A stretch of 64,000 bases of DNA from Hypanus sabinus. Lineage: Eukaryota. A program made the translations under genes and the position numbers. This document shows positions 51,470 to 62,279 of this stretch, in pieces. How positions within the stretch are numbered: the first letter of the stretch is position 1; every line of letters begins with the position of its first letter. Below the pieces are notes generated by a model that worked only from the letters and a program-made list of their open reading frames with translations, ran no database searches and had not been told where the DNA came from. The stretch is from positions 27,404,001-27,468,000 of the forward strand of contig NC_082721.1 of the NCBI RefSeq assembly GCF_030144855.1, in the 5' to 3' direction.

Positions 51470-51775
51470 AGAGTAAGTTTTACTCTCTATATAGCTTCAG
51501 CTGTCCCTGTTCTGTGAATGATTGATGGGATATTGATAGGGAGCTTCGCTCTGTATCTAGCCTCTGCTGCCCCGTTTGCAATATTTGATGGGTCCGTTTA
51601 GATGGAGGTTGACTCCATAACCGCAGAGTGATTGATGGGATTGCATATAGGAAGCCTTGCTCTGTATACAGCTCATGCTGTCCTTGTCCAGGGACAAGAA
51701 TATTTGATGGGTCAATGTACAGGGAGTTCCGCTCTGAATCTAACTCAAGTTGTACCTGGTCTGGGAGCGTTCAGC
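51470..51775. repeat. Degenerate ~63-bp tandem repeat (about 5 copies)
   Basis: Recurring gggagcttcgctctgtatcta…gctgtccct…tttgatggg units. Confidence 0.6.
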
Positions 51776-51979
51776 ATTGATGCTCTTTTTCTGGTACAAG
51801 CTCATGTGGAAAGTTAAGCTTTTGTTTCTTGAATGGATCAAGTATACCTAAGATGTTCTGGAGTACTCTGTAAGTTACTGGACCCTTTCAAAGTACAACA
51901 GAGCAGGCACCGATCCCAACCATTGGGAGCCAGGAGCCATGTTGGCTGGTGGGGGGGGGGGGGGGCAGAGTGCACTCAC

Positions 51980-52186
51980 CTTTAGACGGAGCTTGTCCCT
52001 CTCCCGTTGAATCCTGCCAACAGCCATCATGGTAGACTGCAGCTCCTGCTCCCTCCCGTGGAGCTGGTCTCTGAGCTGCTGGTTCTTCTCCCTCAGGCAC
52101 TCCATGTCCAACTCCCACTGCGTCCTCTCCTCCCGTAGCTCCGGGCTCAGGTCGATGTCCAGCTCCCGTTCCACTTCCTCGATTGT
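51980..52186 (-). CDS. USHBP1: USHBP1/MCC-like exon
   Basis: TIEEVERELDIDLSPELREERTQWE…RERDKLRLK, compare MCC TVEEIEGVLGRDLYPNLAEERSRWE; donor AAG|GTGAGT; phase 0-0. Confidence 0.93.
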
Positions 52187-52728
52187 CTGTGCGGTGGAGG
52201 AGAGGTTATGGCAGACATGGTAACATGGATATACTGAGCGAGGGTGGGGGCTACTAGGTAACGCATTCACTGAACCTTAGGGTGTCCTGCATATCTCTCT
52301 ACTGCTACCTCCCTCGCACCATGACTCAATGACGTCTGATTTAGAGACCCATGTGAAAGCACATTCCACATTCTTACCAGTCACTGTGGGACCAAACTGC
52401 TACTGAATTTCACGTTAGTGACTGGGTAACAGTTACGTCCTTTTGTTCCAGACCCCACCGTAGGAGGAAACAGTTTCTCCACAGTTGTCCAATCAACTGA
52501 ATTAATCAACTTAAATAGATTTCTCAGCTCTCCTTTTTTACTCGGCTTCAACAACAACATTAGGACACAGACAAATTCCATCCTCGGAAGTAGTCTTTTC
52601 CCAATGACCATTCCCTGATCCACCATCCAGTCTCTGAGACAACCTCCATGGTCTGTATCAATTCCCATGGTCTACTCTGTGGACAAGTGTCTAGCTTTTG
52701 GGGCAGCGGTTGGTTTTTGGATCCCTAC

Positions 52729-52877
52729 TTGAGCGACCAGCTCCCAGCGTGCAAAGGTAGCCTCCTCTTCCTCAGAGATGTCACCACGGCGTGGGATTTC
52801 AGCTTTCCACGTGTGCACGGTGTCCTCGATTTCCGTCAGCACCTTGTGCAGAGCCCCCGAGAGGTCGCAGGGTTCAC
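52729..52877 (-). CDS. USHBP1: USHBP1/MCC-like exon
   Basis: (G)EPCDLSGALHKVLTEIEDTV…WELVAQ, compare MCC CSDLNSELQRVLTGLENVV; phase 1-0. Confidence 0.88.
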
Positions 52878-53449
52878 CTGCAGAAGGAAATGGAGCAGCA
52901 GTGAGCATGGGTGGTATTGATTGAGACTCGTGCTTCTGATCAGTGCCCTGCACAGTGGGCCGCAATCTCAAGTCAACGAGCCTTGCATTTATACACCTCT
53001 AGGTATCCTCAGGACGTTATGAAACTAAATTAGACACCAGGCTGCTAAAGGGGTTGTTAGGGCTGAAAACCAAAATCTTGGATGAAGTATTTGGTTTCAA
53101 GGAGTATGTTAATTAAGGAATTGGTGGAGAGAGGATTAGGGAGGGAATTTCAGAGCCTAGGGCTCAGGCAGATGAAGACACAGTCACCATTCAAAGAGCA
53201 ATTATTGTATGTGAGCAGAGCTTTCAGTTTGATTTTTTGATTTTTTGGATGTGGACATCAAACAAAAAGCCAGCATTGCTTGTCCGTGTCTAAGTAGTTG
53301 GAGGCAATGATGATGAGCTGCCTTTTCGAGACCCTAGAGCCCATCTGGTGATGATGTTCCCATGTACTGTTAGTTAGGGATTAGAACAGAGCAGGGAGCT
53401 GGTAAAGCTTATGGAGGGCCAGAGCATGACTACACGTAAACAGCTCTGT

Positions 53450-54045
53450 AGGTGCTGGAAGTATTGATCAACACAAACTCAGCAAATCAGGAAGCATCAA
53501 TGGAATGAAATAAACTATCAATGTTTCGGGCCTAGATACATCATCAGGAAACACACACAAAATGCTGGTAGAACGCAGCAGGCCAGGCAGCATCTATAGG
53601 AAGAAGCATAGTCGACGTTTCAGGCCGAGACCCTTCGCCAGGACTAACTGCAAGATGAGATAGTAAGAGATTTGAAAGTGGGAGGGGGAGAGGGAGCTCC
53701 AGAATGATAGGAGAAGACAGGAGGGGGAGGGATGAAGCCAAGAGCTAGAAAGGTGATTGGCAAAAGGAATACAGAGCTGGAGAAGGGAAAGGATCATGGT
53801 TCGGGAGGCCTAGGGAGAGAGAAAGGGGGAGGGAGCATCAGAGGGAGATGGAGAGCAGGCAAGGAGTTATTGTGAAAGGGGCAGTTCCACCAGCATTTTG
53901 TGTGTGTTGCTTGTATTTCCAGCATCTGCAAATTTCCTCGTAAATACATTATCAGGAGTCCTGATGAAGGGTCTTGGCTTGAAATGTCAACTGCTTACTT
54001 GTCTCCATGGCTGCTACCTCATTTGCTGAGTTCCTCAAGCATTCA
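53450..54045. mobile_element. Penelope-like fragment nested in a palindromic pLTR element
   Basis: 14-bp TSD atacatcatcagga (53536-53549) / atacattatcagga (53944-53957); hammerhead-like cores. Confidence 0.75.
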
Positions 54046-54189
54046 GAACATGATTAAGACTGAGTACGCAGCGGCCCCTTGTTACTGGGGCACCATGCCA
54101 GTCCAGACACTTGAGCTGATTATACTCTCTGATGTTGTACCAGAGGTGACATTCAATACCTAGTACTCAGCAATGCTTTTCCTACTAAC

Positions 54190-54332
54190 CTGCTAGTAAT
54201 GAGGTTGGACAAGGCGGTCCAGGGCAGTGGGAATCTGTGGAGAGGCCCTGGTCTGGAAATTGACACATCCTGCTCTCTGGGTATTGGTTGTCACTGAGAT
54301 CAGAGCAAGTTTCCAGATATTCATCATCTACC
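54190..54332 (-). CDS. USHBP1: USHBP1/MCC-like exon
   Basis: (R)VDDEYLETCSDLSDNQYPESR…SLLA(G), compare MCC REEDEYSELRSELS; acceptor ttctccttgcAG, donor GTTAGT; phase 2-1. Confidence 0.85.
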
Positions 54333-54349
54333 CTGCAAGGAGAATAAAA

Positions 54350-54730
54350 CCATAAGGTATAGGAGCAGAATGAGGCCATTTGGCCCATCAAGTCTGCTCT
54401 ACCATTTCATCATGGCCAATCCAATTTTCCTCTCGGCTCAATCTCCCGATTTCCCCCCAGATCCCTTCATACCCTGACCAGTCAAGAATCTAATAACCTC
54501 TGCCTTAAATACACATAAAGACTTTTGCCTCCACAGCAGGTGGCAAGGAATTCCACAGATTCATCACCCTCCGGCTAAAAAAATTCCTCCTCATCTCCTT
54601 TCTAAAAGGACGCCCCTCTATTCTGAGGCTGTGTCCTCTGGTCTTCAACTCTCCCACCACAGGAAACATCTCCACATCCAACTCTATCGAGGCCTTTCAC
54701 CATTCGATAGGTTTCAATGAGATCACCCCA
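54350..54730 (-). mobile_element. CR1 LINE 3' fragment
   Basis: GDLIETYRMVKGLDRV and the CR1 tail. Confidence 0.8.
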
Positions 54731-55364
54731 AATAAGTGGTTTGAGGAACCCGCAAGTGACCGAGGCCAGGTTAATGAGCAGCCAGATGGTCCAGAAGGAA
54801 AACGGAAGGAATAACACATCTGAAACAGTAGGTGGAGGAACGTCATACAGCTTGACCCTGCTGAGGTTAACAGCTACCATCTATGGGCAGGGGATAGTGG
54901 TCGTCCAGCTGTAGTCAAACTTGTCTAGTCACTCCATGCTGACTTGGCCCTCCTGACTGGCCACTCAGAGCCAATTACGCCAAGCAGGTGGCAAGCAGAT
55001 ACACGGAGTGAGAGTAGCAGACCTGACATGATCTCGTAGAATGTTGGAACAGTCTGAAGGGACTAAGTGACCTCATCTTCTTATATTTCAGCAGCTGTGC
55101 ACTTCAGGAAGCATCTCACTGGCTGGAAATCTTTGAAAGGAATGCAAAACATGTTGCAGAAATGCATCTTCTTAAATGATTGACATTATCTGTCAATAGG
55201 GGCGATGGAGAATTGCCCATCTGTTTGATCTGTTTGGGGGGCGGTTGCTGGAATGAAAGGTGGGAGCTTCAAAGCTTTCTCGATAGCTGATTAATTGAAA
55301 GGAACTCTCCTTACTGCCATTCACAGTAACAATGGGAAAATCAGGAATCCTTAGCTAGGCCTAC

Positions 55365-55513
55365 CTGCTGGTGGTGAGAGTCAATCTGTCGATCTTTCTG
55401 TTCAGCTTGAGAATAACAACAAGTAACTCTGTGATCTGCCTCTCATAACGCAGGATAGCCACTTCCTCTTGCTCGTCCTCCTCATCCTCCTCCTCCTCCT
55501 TCAATACCCCCAG
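55365..55513 (-). CDS. USHBP1: USHBP1/MCC-like exon
   Basis: LGVLKEEEEDEEDEQEEVAILRYERQITELLVVILKLNRKIDRLTLTTS(R), compare MCC LRYEERITELHSVIAELNKKIDRLQGTTIR; phase 0-2. Confidence 0.9.
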
Positions 55514-55836
55514 CTGTGAGACAGAACAAAAGGGGTCAAGTAATGTTCACAACACAAAATGTGTAAGATTTTGAGTGCCCTGGACACTGTACATAGAATG
55601 ACTTTTTTTTCTTTCTTTCAGGTGGTCAATCTTTAGGAGTATAGATTTTGGTTAATTAGTAGTGGATGGGGGGGGGGTGAAATAAAATTATTTCATTGAA
55701 TGAATGGTGAAGCTCTTTTACTCACTGTCAGAGAGGCTAATGGAGGTAGAAATCCTCATTAAATGGAAGGCCGACTGCCTTCCTTTTGTGGGGTCGATGT
55801 TCCTGATCCAATTTGTTGTGCGAGGGGAGTGTTTTT

Positions 55837-56000
55837 GGGGGGGGAGAGAGAGGGAGGGGAGAGGGAGAGAGAGAGGGAGGGAAAGGGCAAGAGCGGGGGG
55901 GGGGAGTGGAAGAAGGAGGGAGGGTGTGGGAGAGGGAGGAAGTGTGAGGGAAGAGGGAGAGGGAGGAAGGGAGAGGGAGGAAGGGAGGGTGGGGGAGAGA
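55837..56000. repeat. Polypurine (G/A) low-complexity tract
   Basis: About 160 bp of almost pure G/A on the plus strand. Confidence 0.9.
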
Positions 56001-56553
56001 ATTTCATTTTGTAGAGCTTTCACATACTAGTATTGGGTGAAAACTACAGGCAACAGAGTTGTTCTTGAAACAATAGCACTGCTATGATGTTGGAATATGA
56101 CAGGTCCAACATAGTAAAATAATGTGATTTATTGAGATGATGAAGCCGGAGTTGTTTGTTCTCTTTAAAACAGAGAAGATTTTAGGGTGAGGTTTTCAAA
56201 TAATGAGGGGTTCTGCCAGATTAATTTGGGTTTGGAGCGGCAGGGGGGGTTGGTGACAAGGATTTGGAGTGATTGGTAGGAGGAGGGGGATGAATAGAAA
56301 TGCAGTGAGTGATGTGGAACATGCCGCTTGCACAGGCAGGGGAAGAGGTTCAATGCGAACCTTCAAAAGGAGCTGAAGAAGGAGTTGAGGAACACCCTGA
56401 CTGAGAGAGCACGGCATAGAAACAGGCCCAATCTGTCCGCCGTGATCACCAAGTACTGATCCACACTAATCCCATCTACCACCATTTGATCTGCAGCCTG
56501 TTATGTCTTCAGGGTCAGTTTGAGTGACAGAGAGTAACACTATAAGACCATAC

Positions 56554-56589
56554 CTCCATTCCTGAGCAGAAATTCCAACTCCTTTCGTT
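56554..56589 (-). CDS. USHBP1: Candidate 36-nt exon of the USHBP1-like gene; may contain the start codon (ATG GAG)
   Basis: Strong acceptor cctcctttacctttctccAG, donor GAG|GTATGG, open in phase 0 (NERSWNFCSGME); ggaATGG Kozak context. Confidence 0.5.
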
Positions 56590-57629
56590 CTGGAGAAAGG
56601 TAAAGGAGGGGTTGGCCTTTTATGGATTCTTGCTGTTTGTTGCTCTGCCCGGGTGTCACTCTCTTATGGGTTGCAACCTCAATTTAGAGGTTTGTTGAGT
56701 TTGTGAAACAAAAGGCTAGTTGTTGGCCGTCCCTGGGATTTCCTGTCTCAGCGAAGCTCGGAAGCGCCCTTCCTCTGGTGCTGCTTTCAAGTCAACAATC
56801 TCTGGATTTTAACATCCTCTTTCAGATTAACCCTCAAAGAGCAAGGGGCAACACATGAGGAATTGCCGAGTGAGTAGAGTTACATGACATGTACTGCACA
56901 GAAACATCATTCTTCGAGCTGATGTACTATATATGGCGTGCATGAGTTTTGTGAAACTCCTCCATTCAAACCCTAAGCTTCCAGTTACCATTCACTTCAA
57001 TTCTCCACCCCCCTGCAGTCTGACCTCTTTGTCTTTGGCCTCTTAGACAATTCCAATGAAGCCCAACTTGAGTTCAAGGAACAGCTTCATTTCTTCCAAG
57101 TAGGCACATCAGACCTTAGGACTAAACAATGAATTCTGATATCCTGCCTTTTCATTTTGGTCACATTAAACCTATTCTAATAAAATACTCTCCCTCTACT
57201 AGATGAGTATTTCCCTGCACTTTCTCTTGTTATTTCAGGTTTCAGCATCTGCAGGATTTTGAATTTGAACATATCATGTGACTTCTCTGCTCCATGCCTA
57301 TCCCACACTAATCTTCTCCCTTCCCTTCACATCGTCACTACTGCCTCCTATCCCTTTCCCCTCACGTGTTTATTCAACTCAAGCTACAACACACGGTTTG
57401 ATCCTCGCAGCCCGGGGATGTGGACCTGGAAGAAGATGCAGGCATCCTCCCAATGGATTTGAAGCATTTTGCAGAGACAACTTCGGCAGCGCATCTCTTG
57501 CACATTGAACTATGACTCACAAGTACGCAGCAGTTTTGGAATCACTTCCTTTGAGTAGACCATGACTTTAAATCTTGATCTTTGATCTCCCTGTTTATTA
57601 GCCAGCCAAAGGTAATCCATAGATCATTA

Positions 57630-58920
57630 CACCATAAGATTTAGGAACAGAAATAGGCCAATTAACCCATTGAGTCTGCTCCATCATTTCATCCTGGTTG
57701 ATCCATTTCCCTCTTAGCCCCAATCTCTCACCATCATGCCCTGACTAATCAAGAATCTATCAACTCTGCCTTAAATATACCCAGTGACCTGGCCTCCACA
57801 GCCACCTGTGGCAATGTATCCCACAGATTTACCACTCTCTGGCTAAAGAAATTCTTTCTAATCTCTGTCTAAATGGACGTCCCCCAATTCTGAGACTGTC
57901 CTCTGGTGCTAGACTCCCCTTCTATAAAAAACATTCTCTCCAAATCTACTCTATTGAGGCATTTCAACATTTGATAGTGTTACATACCCCAAAACTGGGT
58001 TGTCAAACCAGCAGAAATGGAACACTCGTTGGAGTCTGTAGTTACTAGAAACTAATAAAGTTTATTAGTAAATGAAGTAATACAGTACACTAAATGCAAG
58101 GATATAAATGTAACAGGTAAGCAATGATAATATACACATATACGTAGAAATATAGGAATCAGCCAAGCTCTATCGGTCTCGGAGTAAATGATCAGTCTTC
58201 AAGTGAAGCAGAGTTCAGTTCAGTTTAGTCTAGTTCAAGGTAGTTGTTGTGGTACCATTGGAGAAAGTGAGATATAGCTGAAATTTCAGGCAAACCTTCC
58301 GTTGTCTTCTTGTCCCGTTGTGGTCACCGACTGTGACCCCTCCATTCCAGGTGCGACCGTTCTTCCGTGGTGAACCCGTCACCCAGCCAAGGGTGGACAC
58401 ACAACAGGTCCCCACTGTTCGTACCTTTACACCCTGTAAGCCTCTGGCCGAGTCCCGCGAATCAGTCCTGCAAACTCCCACCAACTTGTGGGGGCACAGT
58501 GCTCTCTCCAGGGTCTTGTGACGTGTCTGCCTGTGTCTTAGCAAATCCGCTATTTTATTCCCTCCCCCCACCCCGATGGGGTACCACCAGTCCATCAAAC
58601 TTCACCACTTCCTGTTGTCTCAGTAACGAGCAGTTCATGTTCAAAGCAGAATGTCCGTGGCAGTATCAGTGCAGACGCCAAAATACTGAATATTTTCTCT
58701 CTCTCTCTCTCTCTCTCCCTCTCTCTCTCCCCTTTATTGGCAGCATCCATTCTGCAGCTCTGTTTGGCTTCACACATAACAATAGGTTTCAATGAGATCC
58801 CCCCCCCCCATTCTTCTGAATTGTAGTGAGTACAGGCCCAGAGCCATCAAACACTCCCCATCTGATAAACCCTTCAATCCCAGAATCGTTTTTGTGAACC
58901 TCTTTTGAACCCTCTCCAAG
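57630..58920 (-). mobile_element. CR1 3' fragment interrupted by a solo LTR
   Basis: CR1 sequence caacatttgatag|gtttcaatgagatcc is continuous across the insertion. Confidence 0.8.
57978..58781 (-). mobile_element. Solo LTR (804 bp)
   Basis: Termini TGTTA…TAACA; perfect 4-bp TSD ATAG (57974-57977, 58782-58785); orientation is tentative. Confidence 0.85.
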
Positions 58921-59805
58921 ACGTCAATGACAAGCTCTAATCCTAGCAGGTGGCTCCCAAGAAACTGGATAATTTCCAGGTTTTAAAGGGGTTCATTGAG
59001 AATATTAATTGTTTGGGGTTGGTGTTGTGATGTGGTGGGAAAGGGCTTCTGGATTACAAAGAGAAAGGACTCCACAGATCAAGTTCCATCTGTGGAAAAG
59101 AAAATTAATGTTTCAAGTTGATGACCTTTTGTCAGAACTGAGAGAACTTTGAATTAAAATTTTGTTTTTAGGTGCAAAGGAAGTGGGGAGAGCAAAAGGA
59201 AAGATCTGTGTTAAGTTGGAGACCAAAAGAAGCAGTGCTAGTGCTGGTGATTTAGTGATGAAAGTGGAGGTGATGCCTGCTGGACAAGGTTGGTAAAGGT
59301 GGGTAAGAAACTAAAGGTATGCCTGCAGGATGTATGTATAAGAAGGGAAGTATGAAATCTGAAATTAGCAGAAGAAAGAAACCCGAATGCTAGAAATGTA
59401 CACGATTGAAAAGAGAGATTAAAGTTGTTGAATATATCATTCACTCCCAAGGGCTGTAACGTGCCATGCTGGAAGACCTTGAACTTATGTTGTGCTTCAG
59501 TGGAATCAGTAAAAAATGAAAGATAGAAAGGTCAGAACAGGAGTGGGATGGAAAATCAAAGTGACAAGACAACCAGGAATTCTGGGTCTCTCATAATGCC
59601 AATGGCTTCCTCAGATGAAGATCACACCATGGACATGATACACAGGTAGTCATTTGGCTATCTGGCAGGAAGGCAGGTGTTGCTTCTCCAGCAGTTCTCT
59701 GGGAAGTAGATGTAAGAGTGAACCAAAGAGTTGGGAAGGGAATGATGCCATCTAGCTGCTGAAAGGGGGAGGGGATGGAAGAAATAAACTATTAGAAATT
59801 ATGCA

Positions 59806-61890
59806 GTTGTGTATTTAACATTTCAGCAATATTTGAGCAATTTTGTATACATATTGGTTGATTAAGCATCCTTGCTCATTTAAATAATTAATTACAGGTT
59901 ATCTGTCAAATACGTTAAATGCATACGTCATCACGCTGCCACATGATGCGTGCGAGCCTCCACCAAGTTACACCCGCATTCCCAGACTCCTGGGTTTCTC
60001 CTTTGACTTAGTTTAACGTTGGCGGCAAGGTATTTTTAGAATGAACCCGACACAGCTGCCGACCTGTTAAAGTGCATTGAGACGCTCAAACTAAAAGAGA
60101 AATGCAGCAAGTAAAAATAAAATCAGCCCAGCACGTGCAGAGTCGGTCTTTGGAAGGGAAGACACGATCAAGTTAAACAAAAAAGGTAGTAACTGGAATA
60201 ATTCAGGGTTCATAAAGAGTGAGTACAGACAGACAGACATACTTTATTGGTCCCAGGGAAATTGGGTTTCGTTACAGCCGCACCAACCAAGATAGTGTAG
60301 AGATATAGCAATATAAAACCATAAATAATTAAATAATAATAAGTAAATTATGCCAAGTGGAAATAAGTCCAGGACCAGCCTATTGGCTCAGGGTGTCTGA
60401 CACTCCGAGGGAGGAGTTATAAAGTTTGATGGCCACAGGCAGGAATGACTTCCTATGATGCTCAGTGTTACATCTCGGTGGAATGAGTCTCTGGCTGAAT
60501 GTACTCCTGTGCCTAACCAGTACATTATGGAATGGATGGGAGACATTGTCCAAGATGGCATGCAACTTGGACAGCATCCTCTTTCCAGACACCACCGTCA
60601 GAGAGTCCAGTTCCATCCCCATAACATCACTGGCCTTACAAATGAGTATCGGATGATAATCACTTAATAAAAGCAGAAGTGGCTGGATACATCAGAAAGA
60701 TGAGTTTGATTAATTGGTTCATGTGTACTGAGCTATTGGAACAGTATTTTGAAGCAAATGAAATAACCAAACAGAAACGAGTACCAATTTTGCCAAATGC
60801 ATTGGATATAAAGGCTTAGTTTGCTTCTACACTTGACTACTCCAACCAAACCACTGCTCTTGTCAAAGTAATGCAGGAACACTTAAAACCAAAGCCATTG
60901 TTGATTGCAGAACGCTGTAGATTTCATAAGTGCAATCGAAAGGAAGGTGAGTCCAGTTCAGCATAGATGACTGAATTGAAGAGATTATCTAAGCATTGTC
61001 AGTTTGGTAGTGGACTTAATGATACACTAAGAGATCGTTTAGTTTGTGGAATCTTAAAAGAAAGCATTCAAAAACAGCTCCTAACTGAGCACAACTTACA
61101 TTTAAAAGAGCAGTGAAGATTGCTGTATCAATGCAAACAGCAGACGGAGATGCAACTGAGTTGCAGTCAGGAACGAAAGTGAGCATGAACAAAGTTGCAA
61201 CTTCTAAACAGAAACCATCCTGGCCGAACAAATTGTGTTACCTCAATGGCAGGCACTCACATATACGAAACAAATGCAGATTTATAGGTGAAACTTGCAG
61301 AAAATGCAACAAAGTAGGATGCATAAAGAGTATGTCAGGCAGACAAAAGTACAGAGACCGCTTAGGGAAGACAAAAAGTTAAAAAGTCAAGTTGCAGTTT
61401 CAAAAAGAGCTCTGATCTGCATGCTGTTGATGAAAAATCTGATAATGATGAGAGTGACCCAGGACTAAGGAGCCTTACCATTTACAATGTGAAAACTAAC
61501 AATAGGCAAGCAATATGTCGTCCACTAGAGGTGAACTGCAAATTAATTAAAATGGAATTGGACTCTGGTTGTGCTGTTTCAGTCATTCCTCAAAATGAAT
61601 TTGAGTGGCATTTCAAAGATACTAAACTGAAGCCTGCAGATATCCAACTAAGGACTAACACTGGAGAAAAGACAATTGCTGTGGGAATGACATTTGTAAC
61701 AGTGAAATACAACAACCAACAAGCCACATTGTGTGTGGTAAGAACAGAAGGACCAGCATTGTGGGGGCACGATTGGCAGAAAAAACTACAATTTGATCGG
61801 AGATCCATCTACCATTTACATGCCACAGGGTCTGCAATGAACCCAACTGAGAGTGAATTAAGAAAGATACAGGATGATGCCACAACTGTC
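59806..61890 (+). mobile_element. Degenerate Gypsy element: LTR-like region, PBS-like site, gag, protease
   Basis: PBS-like TGGCGGCAAGG at 60020-60030; gag remnants EQYFEANEI, LRDRLVCG and CRKCNKVG; protease KMELDSGCAVSVI…ALWGHDW. Confidence 0.8.
60225..60640 (-). mobile_element. LINE 3' fragment inserted in the Gypsy leader
   Basis: ILDNVSHP…SFLPVAIKLYNSS C-terminus; (acag)n tail at 60225-60238. Confidence 0.75.
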
Positions 61891-61929
61891 TCCATGCCAA
61901 TGAACCTTCGCCCAAACGAGAGCAAACAG

Positions 61930-62279
61930 GTGTTGGTGCTAACCTCCGTGCCTCTGGATGGAAGGCATATTGGACCAAGCAACAATCATGCTGCTCAAAG
62001 GAAGCACGTACGTGACGAAAGCACTGGCCCAACTACAACAGTTTTCGTAGTCAACCTGTCTGCGAAAGCTTCTGATACGTTAATCAGGCAGATACTTGCA
62101 AAATGGGACTTGGTTTTAAGCTGGAAGAGAGTTCAAGAAGCTTCAGGAAAGTTGCAAGCATCTGGCTTTTGTGAGTGTAAAGAACCAGACTCTATTCTGA
62201 GTGCATTAAGGTTATTGGATGACCTTCAAATGGGAGACAAAAAACTGCTTGTTAAAGTAGATGCAAAGACCAGCTAGAT
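61930..62279 (+). pseudogene. RBM25: Processed RBM25 fragment (RRM domain) in frame with the Gypsy protease
   Basis: GPTTTVFVVNLSAKASDTLIRQILAKWDLVLSWKRVQEASGKLQASGFCECKEPDSILSALRLLDDLQMGDKKLLVKVDAKT closely matches RBM25 (GPTTTVFVGNISEKASDMLIRQLLAKCGLVLSWKRVQGASGKLQAFGFCEYKEPESTLRALRLLHDLQIGEKKLLVKVDAKT); no introns. Confidence 0.92.

Noticed and set aside
55704-56030. Low-complexity ORFs on both strands
   Set aside because: Artefacts of the purine tract.
57400-57520. Upstream USHBP1 exon or plus-strand terminal exon (PGDVDLEEDAG…)
   Set aside because: Weak donor on the minus strand, no homology recognised and no partner exons.
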